Part shown: positions 35,710 to 45,928 of the stretch, piece by piece
Numbering within the stretch: position 1 is the first letter of the stretch
Layout: each line of letters begins with the position of its first letter
NCBI GenBank assembly: GCA_002353575.1
Contig: DEJQ01000019.1
Span: forward strand, 118,164 to 182,163
Length of the DNA stretch: 64,000 nt
Origin: Prevotellaceae bacterium UBA2744
GTDB taxonomy: Bacteria; Bacteroidota; Bacteroidia; Bacteroidales; Bacteroidaceae
Direction: 5' to 3'
The notes under the pieces: generated by a model
What the model was told of the DNA's origin: nothing
Databases searched by the model: none
Seen by the model: the letters and a program-made list of their open reading frames with translations, nothing else
Program-made: the position numbers and the translations under genes

Positions 35710-36396
35710 ATGAAAGTTGTTAATTTTGCGGAAGAAAATAGCATTATCAACCATTTTATGGCAGAGCTGAGAGATAAGTCGTACCAGAAGAATCGAATGA
35801 CGTTTCGCCACAACGTGGAACGTATTGGTGAGTTAATGGCCTATGAACTGTCGAAGACGCTGGAGTATAAGCCTAAGACAGTGAAGACTCCGTTGGGACA
35901 GGTTGATATTCCACTGATGAGCCAGAAGGATATGGTTGTAGCTACTGTACTGCGTGCCGGACTGCCTTTCCATCAGGGCTTTCTCAATGTTTTTGATGGA
36001 GCCGACAATGCTTTCGTTTCGGCTTACCGAATGTATATCAATCGTGAGCATACCGAAGTAGGCGTACATGCTGAATATATCGCTACACCGAGCGTAAAGG
36101 GTAAGACTCTGCTTATTGTTGACCCTATGCTGGCTACTGGCGGCAGCCTGGCTGCTGCAATCGAGGCTCTGATGGAAGCAGGTAAACCGAAGAAAATTCA
36201 TGTGTGCTGCATAATTGCTGCTCCCGAAGGTATCGATGTCGTGAAAAAGGCTCTGCCCGAAGACTCTACCATCTGGTGCGCTTCCATAGACCAAGGCATG
36301 AACGAACAAAAGTATATAGTTCCGGGATTCGGTGACTGCGGAGACCTCTGCTATGGCGAGAAGCTGCAGTCGTTCCGAAAGATTGTTGACAAGTAG
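35710..36396 (+). CDS. upp: Uracil phosphoribosyltransferase
   Basis: 228 aa with PRPP-binding loop ..LLIVDPMLATGGS.. and C-terminal ..YIVPGFGDCGD... Confidence 0.9.
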   Translation: MKVVNFAEENSIINHFMAELRDKSYQKNRMTFRHNVERIGELMAYELSKTLEYKPKTVKTPLGQVDIPLMSQKDMVVATVLRAGLPFHQGFLNVFDGADNAFVSAYRMYINREHTEVGVHAEYIATPSVKGKTLLIVDPMLATGGSLAAAIEALMEAGKPKKIHVCCIIAAPEGIDVVKKALPEDSTIWCASIDQGMNEQKYIVPGFGDCGDLCYGEKLQSFRKIVDK

Positions 36397-36397
36397 T

Positions 36398-36421
36398 AGC
36401 GGTCGGTGTTGCCGCTTTTTT
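36398..36421 (+). terminator. Short hairpin + T-run between convergent upp and HD-domain genes
   Basis: AGCGG (36398-36402) / CCGCT (36412-36416) with a 9-nt loop, followed by a T-run of 6 including the last stem base (36416-36421). The stem is short, so confidence is moderate to low. Confidence 0.45.
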
Positions 36422-36956
36422 ATTCAAATATTTTATTCCAGGCCTGGAAGCGGGCTGTGCCGTCGTTGCCGAATTTAAGGATTTTGTTGCAGGCTTCTTC
36501 TACTGTCCGCTCGTATTCGAGGCGGGTCTTGGAGAAGAACTTGTCGGCATAGCAGATGATCTGTTCTTCGATGGTTACGGGCAGGAAGTCCTGAAGAGGA
36601 AGGGGGAGCGATTGCGCCTTGATGTCGGTTATGGTGATGCCGGTGCCGGTGTGACGTTCGCATACTCGCGCATGTCGCTCGAAGCCTTCCTTTCGCATTA
36701 TTTCTGCCCCTAGAATTCCGTGACGAATGTATGGCTCGGTGCCGAAACAATAGATGCCGGGGGCGTTGGTAAGGAAGATGCCGAGGTCGTGGAGCATAGC
36801 AGCTTCTTCGATAAACTGGCGGTCGGCATCCAGTTCGGGGTGCTTATCGACAATACGAAGTGCCTTGTCGGCAACAAGTCGCGAATGAACAGTCAAAATG
36901 TGTTTCAGTTCATTATCTTCAGGATAATACTTGTCTATAATGCTATTGTAGTCCAT
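36420..36956 (-). CDS. HD-domain phosphohydrolase
   Basis: ..HSRLVADKA......AAMLHDLG.. (HD motif). Start set to ATG 36956 (MDYNSIIDKY..) because the TACTTTTG -7 box at 36999-37006 overlaps the ORF-track start at 37001. Confidence 0.75.
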   Translation of the reverse strand: MDYNSIIDKYYPEDNELKHILTVHSRLVADKALRIVDKHPELDADRQFIEEAAMLHDLGIFLTNAPGIYCFGTEPYIRHGILGAEIMRKEGFERHARVCERHTGTGITITDIKAQSLPLPLQDFLPVTIEEQIICYADKFFSKTRLEYERTVEEACNKILKFGNDGTARFQAWNKIFE

Positions 36957-36998
36957 TTTTTTTACTTCCGTTTTTTTGTTCTTCATATAAATTATGTG

Positions 36999-37006
36999 CA
37001 AAAGTA
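36999..37006 (-). promoter_or_regulatory. -7 promoter box TACTTTTG (minus strand) for HD-domain gene
   Basis: Plus strand CAAAAGTA, 43 nt upstream of ATG 36956. Confidence 0.45.
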
Positions 37007-37030
37007 GTGGAAAAATCCAAAAAATGAATG

Positions 37031-37038
37031 TACCTTTG
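37031..37038 (+). promoter_or_regulatory. -7 promoter box TACCTTTG for valS
   Basis: Exact TAnnTTTG match, 34 nt upstream of ATG 37072. Confidence 0.5.
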
Positions 37039-37071
37039 CACGAAATTTGAAAAAAAAACAGATAATTACCA

Positions 37072-39816
37072 ATGGAATTAGCAAGTAAGTACTCTCCGCA
37101 GGAGATTGAAAAGAGATGGTATCAATACTGGATAGACAATAAATTGTTTGCCAGCAAACCCGATGGTCGCGAACCATACACTATAGTCATTCCGCCGCCA
37201 AACGTTACGGGTGTGCTCCACATGGGACACATGCTGAACAATACTATTCAGGACATCCTGGTGCGCAAGGCACGGCTCGACGGAAAGAACGCATGCTGGG
37301 TTCCGGGTACGGACCATGCTTCGATTGCTACCGAAGCCAAGGTGGTGAACCGATTGGCTGAGCAGGGTATCAAAAAGCGTGACTTGACTCGCGAGGAGTT
37401 CCTGAAGCATGCATGGGCATGGACTGAGGAACACGGAGGCATCATCCTGAAGCAACTGCGTCGTCTGGGTGCGAGTTGCGACTGGGATCGCACTGCATTC
37501 ACGATGGACGAGAAGCGTAGCGAATCGGTGATGAAGGTGTTCGTAGATCTGTATGAGAAAGGACTCATCTACCGCGGACTGCGAATGGTGAACTGGGATC
37601 CGAAGGCACAGACTGTGCTTTCGACCGAGGAGGTCATCTATCGTGACGAGAAGAGCAAACTGTACTATCTGAAATACTATGTCGCAGACCCTGAGAACCT
37701 GCAGGCTGTAGGCAGCAAGGTATCAATCGAGGCTCTGACTCAGGAGGGCAACGTGATTCATAAAGATTCGAAGGGATACTATGCTGTAGTGGCCACGACC
37801 CGTCCAGAGACTATAATGGGTGATACGGCTATGTGTATCAATCCAAAGGATCCGAAAAACCAGTGGTTGAGAGGCCATAAGGTGATTGTGCCATTGGTAG
37901 GCAGAGTGATTCCGGTTATCGAAGATAGATATGTAGATATAGAATTCGGAACAGGCTGTCTGAAGGTGACTCCGGCACACGATGCTAACGACTATGCTCT
38001 GGGTAAGACTCACAACCTGGAGACTATTGACATATTCAATCCGGACGGAACTCTGAGCGAGGCTGCAGGGTTGTATGTCGGTCAGGACCGTATGGATGTG
38101 CGCAAACAGATAGCTATCGACCTACAGGATGCAGGGTTGATGGAGAAAATAGAGGATTACGACAATAAGGTAGGCTACTCGGAGCGTAATCAGGATACAG
38201 CCGTAGAACCGCGACTCTGCAAGCAGTGGTTCCTGAATATGAAGCACTTCGCAGATATTGCTCTGCCACCTGTACTTGATGGTAAAATCAAGTTCTATCC
38301 GACAAAGTACGTGACTACTTACCGCAACTGGCTGGAGAATATCCAGGACTGGTGTATCAGTCGCCAGCTATGGTGGGGACACCGCATTCCGGCTTATTTC
38401 TTGCCAACAGGTGAAAACGAGGAAGAGCGCTATGTGGTAGCCCTGACAAAGGAGAAGGCACTGGAGAAGGCTAAGAAGATAGAAGGGTATGAGAATATTA
38501 CCATCGACCAGTTGCAGCGCGACGAGGATGCCCTTGACACCTGGTTCTCATCTTGGTTGTGGCCGATAAGCTTGTTCGACGGAATCAACAATCCGGGCAA
38601 CGAAGAGATAAAGTACTACTATCCTACATCTGTTCTAGTGACTGGTCCCGATATTATTTTCTTCTGGGTGGCCCGCATGATTATGGCAGGCGAGGAATAT
38701 CTGAAGGATGTACCGTTCCGCAGCGTATATTTTACAGGTATCGTACGTGATAAACTGGGAAGAAAGATGTCGAAGTCGCTCGGAAACTCTCCTGACCCAC
38801 TGGGACTGATAGACCAATACGGAGCAGACGGAGTGCGCATGGGTATGCTGTTGTCGGCACCTGCAGGAAACGACATTCTCTTCGACGAGCAGCTCTGCCA
38901 GCAGGGTGCTGCCTTCTGTAATAAGATATGGAATGCATTCCGACTGGTTAAGGGCTGGCAGGTGGATAAGGACCTGAAGCAGCCAATGAGCAATGCGAAT
39001 GCTTCTACCTGGATGGAGGCTAAGATAAAGAGTGCATACGAAGAGATAAACGACCTATATGGCAAGTATCGTCTTAACGAGGCTCTGATGTCGGTATTCA
39101 AGTTGTTTACCGACGAATTCTCAGGATGGTATCTGGAAATGATAAAACCGGCTTATCAAGCTCCGATTGACCAGAAAACCCTGGAGGAAACTCTGTGTTT
39201 CTTCGAACAGCTGATGAAGATAATTCATCCGTTCATGCCATTCATCACCGAGGAACTGTACCAGCACATCGCTGAGCGCAAGGATGGTGAGAGCATCATG
39301 GTAAGTCCGCTGGAGATTGCTGCTCCAACAGCCAAGGATGCAGAAATCATTGCGAAGTACGAAGAATTGAAGCAGGTGGTTTCCGGTGTGCGTGCTGTGC
39401 GCCAGAGTAAGAACATATCTCCACGCGAACCACTCACATTAGAAGTGGTAATCGCAGCAGATGCGGATAACATAACCAAGGATGATGCTCTGGGAATGAC
39501 CATCAGCAAGATGGCTTCGCTGGCTGGCATCGAGTATGTAGGCGAGAAGAGTGATGGCACTTCGGCATTCATGATAGGTACTACGGAATATGCCGTGCAA
39601 CTGGGTAACCTCATAGATACAGAGGCCGAGATTCAGAAACTGGAGGCAGAACTGAAGCACTTGCAGGGTTTCCTCGTGAGTGTGCAGAAGAAACTGTCGA
39701 ACGAGCGTTTCGTTGCTAATGCTCCGGCACAGGTTGTGGAACTGGAACGCAAGAAGCAGGCAGACGCAGAATCCAAGATAGCAACTATAACGGAAAGTCT
39801 GGCTAAACTGAGATAA
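37072..39816 (+). CDS. valS: Valine--tRNA ligase
   Basis: 914 aa with HIGH ([12 protein letters not shown]), KMSKS (RKMSKSLGN), a CP1 editing domain and a C-terminal coiled coil. Confidence 0.97.
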   Translation: MELASKYSPQEIEKRWYQYWIDNKLFASKPDGREPYTIVIPPPNVTGVLHMGHMLNNTIQDILVRKARLDGKNACWVPGTDHASIATEAKVVNRLAEQGIKKRDLTREEFLKHAWAWTEEHGGIILKQLRRLGASCDWDRTAFTMDEKRSESVMKVFVDLYEKGLIYRGLRMVNWDPKAQTVLSTEEVIYRDEKSKLYYLKYYVADPENLQAVGSKVSIEALTQEGNVIHKDSKGYYAVVATTRPETIMGDTAMCINPKDPKNQWLRGHKVIVPLVGRVIPVIEDRYVDIEFGTGCLKVTPAHDANDYALGKTHNLETIDIFNPDGTLSEAAGLYVGQDRMDVRKQIAIDLQDAGLMEKIEDYDNKVGYSERNQDTAVEPRLCKQWFLNMKHFADIALPPVLDGKIKFYPTKYVTTYRNWLENIQDWCISRQLWWGHRIPAYFLPTGENEEERYVVALTKEKALEKAKKIEGYENITIDQLQRDEDALDTWFSSWLWPISLFDGINNPGNEEIKYYYPTSVLVTGPDIIFFWVARMIMAGEEYLKDVPFRSVYFTGIVRDKLGRKMSKSLGNSPDPLGLIDQYGADGVRMGMLLSAPAGNDILFDEQLCQQGAAFCNKIWNAFRLVKGWQVDKDLKQPMSNANASTWMEAKIKSAYEEINDLYGKYRLNEALMSVFKLFTDEFSGWYLEMIKPAYQAPIDQKTLEETLCFFEQLMKIIHPFMPFITEELYQHIAERKDGESIMVSPLEIAAPTAKDAEIIAKYEELKQVVSGVRAVRQSKNISPREPLTLEVVIAADADNITKDDALGMTISKMASLAGIEYVGEKSDGTSAFMIGTTEYAVQLGNLIDTEAEIQKLEAELKHLQGFLVSVQKKLSNERFVANAPAQVVELERKKQADAESKIATITESLAKLR

Positions 39817-39823
39817 TTGGTAT

Positions 39824-41254
39824 ATGGCAAGAAGCATGTCGAAAGATGAACTTCTTGGTTTGGTCAGAAAGGGAGCAAGAAGTATGTCGTGGCAAGAAAA
39901 GCTGCGACTTACTATTTTGTTGAGTCTGCCCGCGATGGTGGCACAGATTTCATCGATAGCAATGCAGATAATAGATGCAGCTATGCTGGGACACCTGGGC
40001 ACACTGGAATCTGCTACCGTAGGACTGGTATCGACGACGATATGGATGTTTGGTGGACTGTGCTCAGCCTTTGCTACGGGCTTTGCCGTGCAGGTAGCCC
40101 ACAGAGTGGGGGCGGAAGATTCCGAGGGTGCCAGAAATATAGTAAAACAGGGAATGGTGGCCTGTTTGGCATTCGGACTACTGATGATGACGATAGGACT
40201 TTCGATTGCGCCTATGCTGCCATACTGGCTGGGAGCAGAGAGAAGTCTGTGCAATGGGGCTTCGGAGTACTTCAGCATCGTTGCTCTTGCCTTTCCGATT
40301 CTGGAGGTTAATATGCTGGCAGCAGCAAGTTTGAGATGTTCGGGAAATATTAAGGTTCCAAGTTTTCTGAATGCTTCGATGTGTATGATAGATATCATAT
40401 TTAATTATGTGTTCATCTTCAGACTGAATATGGGAACGAGGGGGGCTGCATTGGGAACTCTGGTAGCTTATATCGTCACTATGTTGATGATGACTTATTA
40501 CCTGACGATGAAGGATGAACGACTCCGATTCTCGCTTGACTCTACAAATGCGGCTTCGTCGGATCTGCAGGCTTTCATACCTCGTAAGGAAACACTTAAA
40601 AATGTGCTGAGAATCGGTTCTCCGATAGGATTGGAAAGAGGTGTGATGTGTGGTGCACAGATAGCCATTACACGAATCATAGCTCCGCTGGGGTCGGTCG
40701 CCATAGCTGCAAATACATTCGGAATAAATATAGAGAGTTTGTGCTATATGCCAGGATATGGTATATCGGAAGCTGCAACTACAATGGTAGGTCAGAGTGC
40801 CGGTGCAAGAAGGAAGGACTTGATGCGCAGTTTTGCCTGGATTTCTATGGCGCTGGGTATGTCGATAATGGCTCTGATGGGATTCCTGATGGCTGTGTTT
40901 GCTCCAGAGATGATGAGTATAGTTACAAACGATCAGGACGTGATAGACCTGGGAGCAGAAGTGCTTCGTATCGAAGCTTGGGCAGAACCTATGTTTGCCG
41001 CAAGCATTGTTGCCTATGGAGCATTTGTGGGATCGGGAAATACTTTGATTCCAAGTGTTCTGAATTTGGGCAGCATATGGATTGTAAGACTCACACTTGC
41101 AACCTTGCTGGCTCCAACGATGGGACTCAGGGGTGTGTGGATTGCTATGTGTATAGAACTATGCTGGCGAGGAATGGTCTTCATTATCAGGCTGATGGGC
41201 AGAAGCTGGACGAAGGAGAGCATATCAGATGTGAAAGACGAACTAAATGAATAA
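39824..41254 (+). CDS. MATE-family efflux transporter
   Basis: 476 aa with about 12 TM helices and ..LSLPAMVAQISSIAMQIIDAAMLGHLG.. typical of the MATE N-terminus. The start could be a downstream Met. Confidence 0.85.
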   Translation: MARSMSKDELLGLVRKGARSMSWQEKLRLTILLSLPAMVAQISSIAMQIIDAAMLGHLGTLESATVGLVSTTIWMFGGLCSAFATGFAVQVAHRVGAEDSEGARNIVKQGMVACLAFGLLMMTIGLSIAPMLPYWLGAERSLCNGASEYFSIVALAFPILEVNMLAAASLRCSGNIKVPSFLNASMCMIDIIFNYVFIFRLNMGTRGAALGTLVAYIVTMLMMTYYLTMKDERLRFSLDSTNAASSDLQAFIPRKETLKNVLRIGSPIGLERGVMCGAQIAITRIIAPLGSVAIAANTFGINIESLCYMPGYGISEAATTMVGQSAGARRKDLMRSFAWISMALGMSIMALMGFLMAVFAPEMMSIVTNDQDVIDLGAEVLRIEAWAEPMFAASIVAYGAFVGSGNTLIPSVLNLGSIWIVRLTLATLLAPTMGLRGVWIAMCIELCWRGMVFIIRLMGRSWTKESISDVKDELNE

Positions 41255-41269
41255 TATAATAATAAAAAA

Positions 41270-42121
41270 ATGGAATTAATAAAGAATAAGGAATATGGAG
41301 GCGAACGCCCGCTATACGCATCTCATAATCTGCGTCTTGATGGCGTGACCATACATGTGGGCGAGTCGTCTATAAAGGAATGCAGCAACATAGAAGCTGA
41401 GGGTTGCACCTTTGAAGGGAAGTATGTATTCTGGGAGACAGACGATTTCAAGGTGAATAACTGCTATTTTGCCGAGAGCGCTCGCAGCAGTATGTGGTAT
41501 TCGCGGCGCATGAAGATGACAAACTGCAAGGTGGACGCTCCGAAACTGTTTCGCAGGATGGACGGCATAGACGTTGAGAATACTGATTTTCCTAACGGAG
41601 AACAATATCTATGGGACTGCAAGAATATACGCATGAAGAATGTACAGATTGATAACTGTGACTATGTCTTCATGCATTCGGAAAATATATATCTGGAAAA
41701 CTATCGGCAGGAAGGTAACTATGGGTTTCAGTATGCTAAGAAAGTAGAGATACACAATGCCGTGATAAACTCGAAAGACTCGTTTTGGGAGTCGGAAAAC
41801 GTGACTATCTACGATTCAGAAATAAACGGAGAATATCTGGCATGGTACGGAAAGAACATAAGACTGGTGCGCTGCCATCTGACTGGCGAACAACTGCTAT
41901 GCTATGTTGACGGACTGACACTGGAGGACTGCACATTCGGCGAGGATGCAAATCTGATACTGGAGTATTCGACAGTGAATGGAACGATAAAAGGGGATGT
42001 ACATAGCATAAAGAACCCTACAAGCGGAACTATAAAGGTTGAAGGAAAGGTAGGGGAAATCATCTGGGATGAGAACCAAAAAGCTCCGGCTGACGCTAAA
42101 GTTATAGTTGAAGGAAAATGA
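41270..42121 (+). CDS. DUF3737-like right-handed beta-helix protein
   Basis: 283 aa. ..YGGERPLYASHNLRLDGVTIHVGESSIKECSNIEAEGCTFEGKY.. shows the repetitive beta-helix pattern. Family recalled, not aligned. Confidence 0.5.
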   Translation: MELIKNKEYGGERPLYASHNLRLDGVTIHVGESSIKECSNIEAEGCTFEGKYVFWETDDFKVNNCYFAESARSSMWYSRRMKMTNCKVDAPKLFRRMDGIDVENTDFPNGEQYLWDCKNIRMKNVQIDNCDYVFMHSENIYLENYRQEGNYGFQYAKKVEIHNAVINSKDSFWESENVTIYDSEINGEYLAWYGKNIRLVRCHLTGEQLLCYVDGLTLEDCTFGEDANLILEYSTVNGTIKGDVHSIKNPTSGTIKVEGKVGEIIWDENQKAPADAKVIVEGK

Positions 42122-43299
42122 AATACAATTTTGATAAGCATATAGATAGGCGTGGAACTAACTGCGTAAAATGGGATGAGTTAACCGATTCGGAAATCAT
42201 TCCCATGTGGGTGGCTGATATGGATTTCGAAACAGCTCCATGTATTAGCAAGGCGCTGAAGGAAAGAATCGAACATGGATGCTATGGATATACTTTTGTG
42301 CCAGACAGTTTCTATAATGCTACCATAGACTGGTTTGCCCATCGCCATAACTGGAGGATAAGCGGCAAGGAGACATTCATATACACAAGTGGAGTAGTTC
42401 CGGCTCTGTCGGCTATCATCAAGGCGATGACGAATGAAGGCGATAAAGTGCTTATCCAGACGCCTGTGTATAACTGCTTCTTCTCCAGCATAAGGAACAA
42501 CGGCTGCGAAGTCGTTGAAAACCCTTTGTTGCAGGGAGAGACCGTCGGAATAGATTGGGCGGATTTCGAAAGAAAATGCCAAGACCCGAAGGTGAAGGTG
42601 TTTGTGCTGTGTAATCCTCATAATCCTGTGGGCAGGGTATGGACTAAGGATGAACTGAAAAGGATGGGGGATATTTGTCTGAAAAACGGAGTCATGGTAA
42701 TAAGTGATGAGATACACTGTGAATTTGTGTATTCGAAGGAGAAACCATATACCCCATATGCTTCTATTTCAGAAGATTTTGCCCAGCACTGTGCTGTATG
42801 TGTGTCACCAAGCAAGGCATATAACATAGCCGGACTGCAGATTGCAAATATAATTGCCGAGAACAGCGAATTGAGAGCCAAGATTGACAGGGCTATAAAC
42901 GTGAATGAGGTGTGCGATGTGAATCCGTTCGGAGTAATTGCCCTGCAGGCTGCATACAGCAAAGAGGGCGAAGAATGGCTGGACGAACTCTGCGAATATA
43001 TCCACGGTAATTACATTCTGGCAAAAAGCATGGTTGAAAGAAAGCTACCCGAGGTGAGGATAACTCCGCTTGAAGGTACTTATCTGATGTGGGCTGATGT
43101 GAAGGCCTTGGGACTGAAGGTGGGAGAACTATGTGATAAACTGCAAAATGAAGGCAAAGTGTATGTGAATCCAGGTACTATGTACGGAGAAAAAACAGGC
43201 GAGGGTTACATTCGTATAAACCTCGCCACTCGTCGTTCCCTCGTTGAGGAGGGTATGAGAAGACTTATCAGAGTCTGTTGTCAGCATTTGGGAAGATAA
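42118..43299 (+). CDS. MalY/PatB-type PLP-dependent C-S lyase (cystathionine beta-lyase-like aminotransferase class I/II)
   Basis: 393 aa. [21 protein letters not shown].. is the typical N-terminus, and ..[10 protein letters not shown].. contains the PLP lysine context. ATGA overlap with the upstream gene. Confidence 0.85.
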   Translation: MKYNFDKHIDRRGTNCVKWDELTDSEIIPMWVADMDFETAPCISKALKERIEHGCYGYTFVPDSFYNATIDWFAHRHNWRISGKETFIYTSGVVPALSAIIKAMTNEGDKVLIQTPVYNCFFSSIRNNGCEVVENPLLQGETVGIDWADFERKCQDPKVKVFVLCNPHNPVGRVWTKDELKRMGDICLKNGVMVISDEIHCEFVYSKEKPYTPYASISEDFAQHCAVCVSPSKAYNIAGLQIANIIAENSELRAKIDRAINVNEVCDVNPFGVIALQAAYSKEGEEWLDELCEYIHGNYILAKSMVERKLPEVRITPLEGTYLMWADVKALGLKVGELCDKLQNEGKVYVNPGTMYGEKTGEGYIRINLATRRSLVEEGMRRLIRVCCQHLGR

Positions 43300-43612
43300 C
43301 AGTAGGCTTCCAGCGTTTTGCCTCTTCAAAGTCCATGATGGCATAAGACATGATGATGATGACATCGCCAATCTGAACTTTACGGGCAGAGGCTCCGTTG
43401 AGACAAATACAACCGCTGCCACGCTCGCCCTTGATAACATAAGTATCAAGGCGTTCGCCATTGTTGTTGTTCGCAATGTGCACTCGTTCTCCCTCAATGA
43501 TATTTGCAGCATCCATCAAGTCTTCATCGATAGTGATGCTACCCATGTAATTGAGGTTTGCCTCGGTAACCTTGGCACAGTGTATTTTGGATTTCAGAAC
43601 TTCTATCTGCAT
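43268..43612 (-). CDS. panD: Aspartate 1-decarboxylase
   Basis: 114 aa. ..[23 protein letters not shown].. contains the self-processing Gly-Ser site. Confidence 0.95.
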   Translation of the reverse strand: MQIEVLKSKIHCAKVTEANLNYMGSITIDEDLMDAANIIEGERVHIANNNNGERLDTYVIKGERGSGCICLNGASARKVQIGDVIIIMSYAIMDFEEAKRWKPTVIFPNADNRL

Positions 43613-43646
43613 TTCCTTTTTTCTTATATTTGTGGATTAGAATCCG

Positions 43647-44495
43647 TTATTTATAGTTTATGTTGTCTATGAGTCGGATAGGAGTGTGTCCGCAGAATAC
43701 TGTGATGCAACCCTGAATGTGCTCTGCTTCGTTCCAGTCTGTAACAGAACAGAGGGTGAGGGCATCAACTATCTCGTAATATTGTACTTCCAGACCGTTA
43801 ACACTATCTATCTCGTCAATCACACTTTGCTTTGTCTCGGCAACTGTGTGCTGCTTCGCATAATCTACACTGCGACTGAGAGCTTTGAAGATAGCAGGAG
43901 CTATCTGACGCTCAGCTATAGTGAGAAGGGTATTGCGGCTGGAAAGAGCAAGTCCGTCGCTCTCACGAACTATAGGACACGGACAAATGGTAAGGTCAGG
44001 GAAGTATTCGGCTGCCATAGCGCGGATAACGGCTATCTGCTGAAAGTCTTTCTCTCCGAAATAAGCACGGTCGGGCTCTACAAATACAAAGAGTTTGCTG
44101 ACAATCTGGCATACTCCATTGAAATGACCAGGACGGAAAGCACCCTCCATGACTGTGTCAGTAGGAGGGTAGCTGAACTGACGAGTGTCGGGTTCAGGAT
44201 ATACCTCGTCGGCAGTAGGGGCAAACATAACTGTTGCACCCAGTCCTGCAAGCAAGTCGCGGTCGGCTTCGAAAGTACGAGGATAATTGGCAAGGTCATT
44301 CTTGTCGTTAAACTGTGTCGGATTCACAAAAACACTGACGATTGTAACGTCGTTCTCATAGATAGAACGCTTTACGAGCGATGCATGACCATTATGGAGA
44401 GCTCCCATAGTGGGGACAAGTCCGACTGTCTTGCCTGCTGCCTTATATGAGGCAACCCTGGTCTTTAGATCTGCAATTTTACTAACTACTTCCAT
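43647..44495 (-). CDS. panC: Pantoate--beta-alanine ligase
   Basis: ..VGLVPTMGALHNGHASLV.., ..SVFVNPTQF... Start set to ATG 44495 (MEVVSKI..), 23 nt downstream of the TACCTTCG box. The ORF-track start (44531) lies upstream of that promoter. Confidence 0.95.
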   Translation of the reverse strand: MEVVSKIADLKTRVASYKAAGKTVGLVPTMGALHNGHASLVKRSIYENDVTIVSVFVNPTQFNDKNDLANYPRTFEADRDLLAGLGATVMFAPTADEVYPEPDTRQFSYPPTDTVMEGAFRPGHFNGVCQIVSKLFVFVEPDRAYFGEKDFQQIAVIRAMAAEYFPDLTICPCPIVRESDGLALSSRNTLLTIAERQIAPAIFKALSRSVDYAKQHTVAETKQSVIDEIDSVNGLEVQYYEIVDALTLCSVTDWNEAEHIQGCITVFCGHTPIRLIDNINYK

Positions 44496-44517
44496 TTTTA
44501 TGTACATAAATTGCGTG

Positions 44518-44525
44518 CGAAGGTA
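44518..44525 (-). promoter_or_regulatory. -7 promoter box TACCTTCG (minus strand) for panC-panD
   Basis: Plus strand CGAAGGTA. Confidence 0.5.
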
Positions 44526-44620
44526 CGGCAAAACGAGAGAAAAGACAAACTCTTTTGTGCATTTTTATTTTTTTATATTTTATTTGTAATGTAGTAGCAA
44601 TAGTTTTTATAAAAAAACCG

Positions 44621-44628
44621 TACCTTCG
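44621..44628 (+). promoter_or_regulatory. -7 promoter box TACCTTCG for cls
   Basis: Lies 20 nt upstream of ATG 44648. Confidence 0.5.
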
Positions 44629-44647
44629 CATCGTGAAAGCGATAGTT

Positions 44648-45928
44648 ATGAGGTTATATGGTTTTAGGATGTGCAGATCGGTGCTGATGATGTGCCTGCT
44701 GTTGATAATGTGTTGTCCGCAATGCATATTAGCACAAAACAATACCGATGCCAATTCTGCCACCGAGGCATTAGCCAAACACATGACTGAGAAGAGGAGT
44801 CTGAGAATCACACACGACAACGAACTGAAATTCTTTAGCTGTGGACATGATAAGTTTGTTGACCTCTTTGAGGATGTGCGACAGGCAAAGAGTTTTATTC
44901 ATCTCGAGTATTTCAATTTCAGAAATGATTCTATTGCAGGACTGCTTTTTCAGTTGCTGGCACAAAAGGTAAAGGAGGGAGTAAAGGTAAGAGCCCTATA
45001 TGATGCATTTGGAAATTCGTCGAACAATCGACCGATTAAGTCTGCTATGCATGACAGCATCCGTGCACTTGGCATTGACCTTGTACTTTTCGACCCTATT
45101 AGATTTCCGTGGGTAAACCATATTATACCGCGTGATCACAGGAAGATTGTGGTAATCGACGGAAGGGTGGCATATACGGGAGGAATGAACGTGGCAGACT
45201 ACTATATCGAGGGAATTCCAGGAATAGGCGACTGGCACGATCTGCATATGAGGATTCAGGGCGGAGCAGTGGATGATTTGCACAGGATATTTGCGCGTAT
45301 ATGGAAGAAGGTGACTGGAGAGAAGATTGAAGGAATCAATTATTTCCCAAGAGAATACGGAGTAAATATGCCAACGGGCAACAATGACCTTGTTATCATA
45401 GACCGGGCGACAGGAAAAAGTTCGGATGCCATCCGCGACCTCTTCGTGACGATGATAAACAGTGCGAAGAAAAGTGTGAAACTGATAAATCCGTATTTCG
45501 TTCCTACTCATAGGGTTCGTCAGGCTCTGAAGAGGGCAGTGGACCGCGGAATAGACGTACAGATAATGCTTTCGGCTAAAAGTGATATTCCGCTTACTCC
45601 AGAGGCAACCCATTATGTGGGAAATAATCTGATGAAGCGCGGTGCAAGGGTGTGGCTGTTTGAAGGTGGTTTCCACCACTCAAAACTGATGATTGTGGAT
45701 GATGAACTGTGCACTGTGGGGTCGTCGAATATGGATGCAAGAAGTCTGCGATGCGACTACGAAGTAAATACTCTGATTCTGTCGCCGAAACTCACCCAGG
45801 AGATGGTTACCCTGTTCGAGGCCCAGAAACAGAGTGCATTCGAAATAAAGAAAGGATACTGGCGTACAAGAACTAAGTGGAAACAGTTTGTAGGCTGGTT
45901 TGGCAACCTTCTTACTCCGGTATTATAA
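44648..45928 (+). CDS. cls: Cardiolipin synthase (PLD superfamily)
   Basis: Two HKD motifs (HRKIVVID.. and HHSKLMIVDD..) and an N-terminal hydrophobic segment. Start moved from 44555 to ATG 44648, downstream of the -7 box. Confidence 0.85.
   Translation: MRLYGFRMCRSVLMMCLLLIMCCPQCILAQNNTDANSATEALAKHMTEKRSLRITHDNELKFFSCGHDKFVDLFEDVRQAKSFIHLEYFNFRNDSIAGLLFQLLAQKVKEGVKVRALYDAFGNSSNNRPIKSAMHDSIRALGIDLVLFDPIRFPWVNHIIPRDHRKIVVIDGRVAYTGGMNVADYYIEGIPGIGDWHDLHMRIQGGAVDDLHRIFARIWKKVTGEKIEGINYFPREYGVNMPTGNNDLVIIDRATGKSSDAIRDLFVTMINSAKKSVKLINPYFVPTHRVRQALKRAVDRGIDVQIMLSAKSDIPLTPEATHYVGNNLMKRGARVWLFEGGFHHSKLMIVDDELCTVGSSNMDARSLRCDYEVNTLILSPKLTQEMVTLFEAQKQSAFEIKKGYWRTRTKWKQFVGWFGNLLTPVL

Noticed and set aside
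39439-40398. 319-aa minus-strand ORF spanning the valS 3' end and the MATE gene 5' end.
   Set aside because: It is antisense to two well-supported genes and crosses their 7-nt spacer. No motifs are present.
43686-45679. 254-aa plus-strand ORF opposite panC, the long 44555 start of cls, and a 227-aa minus-strand ORF opposite cls.
   Set aside because: The panC and cls sense frames carry diagnostic motifs. The 44555 start lies upstream of the TACCTTCG promoter box at 44621-44628.
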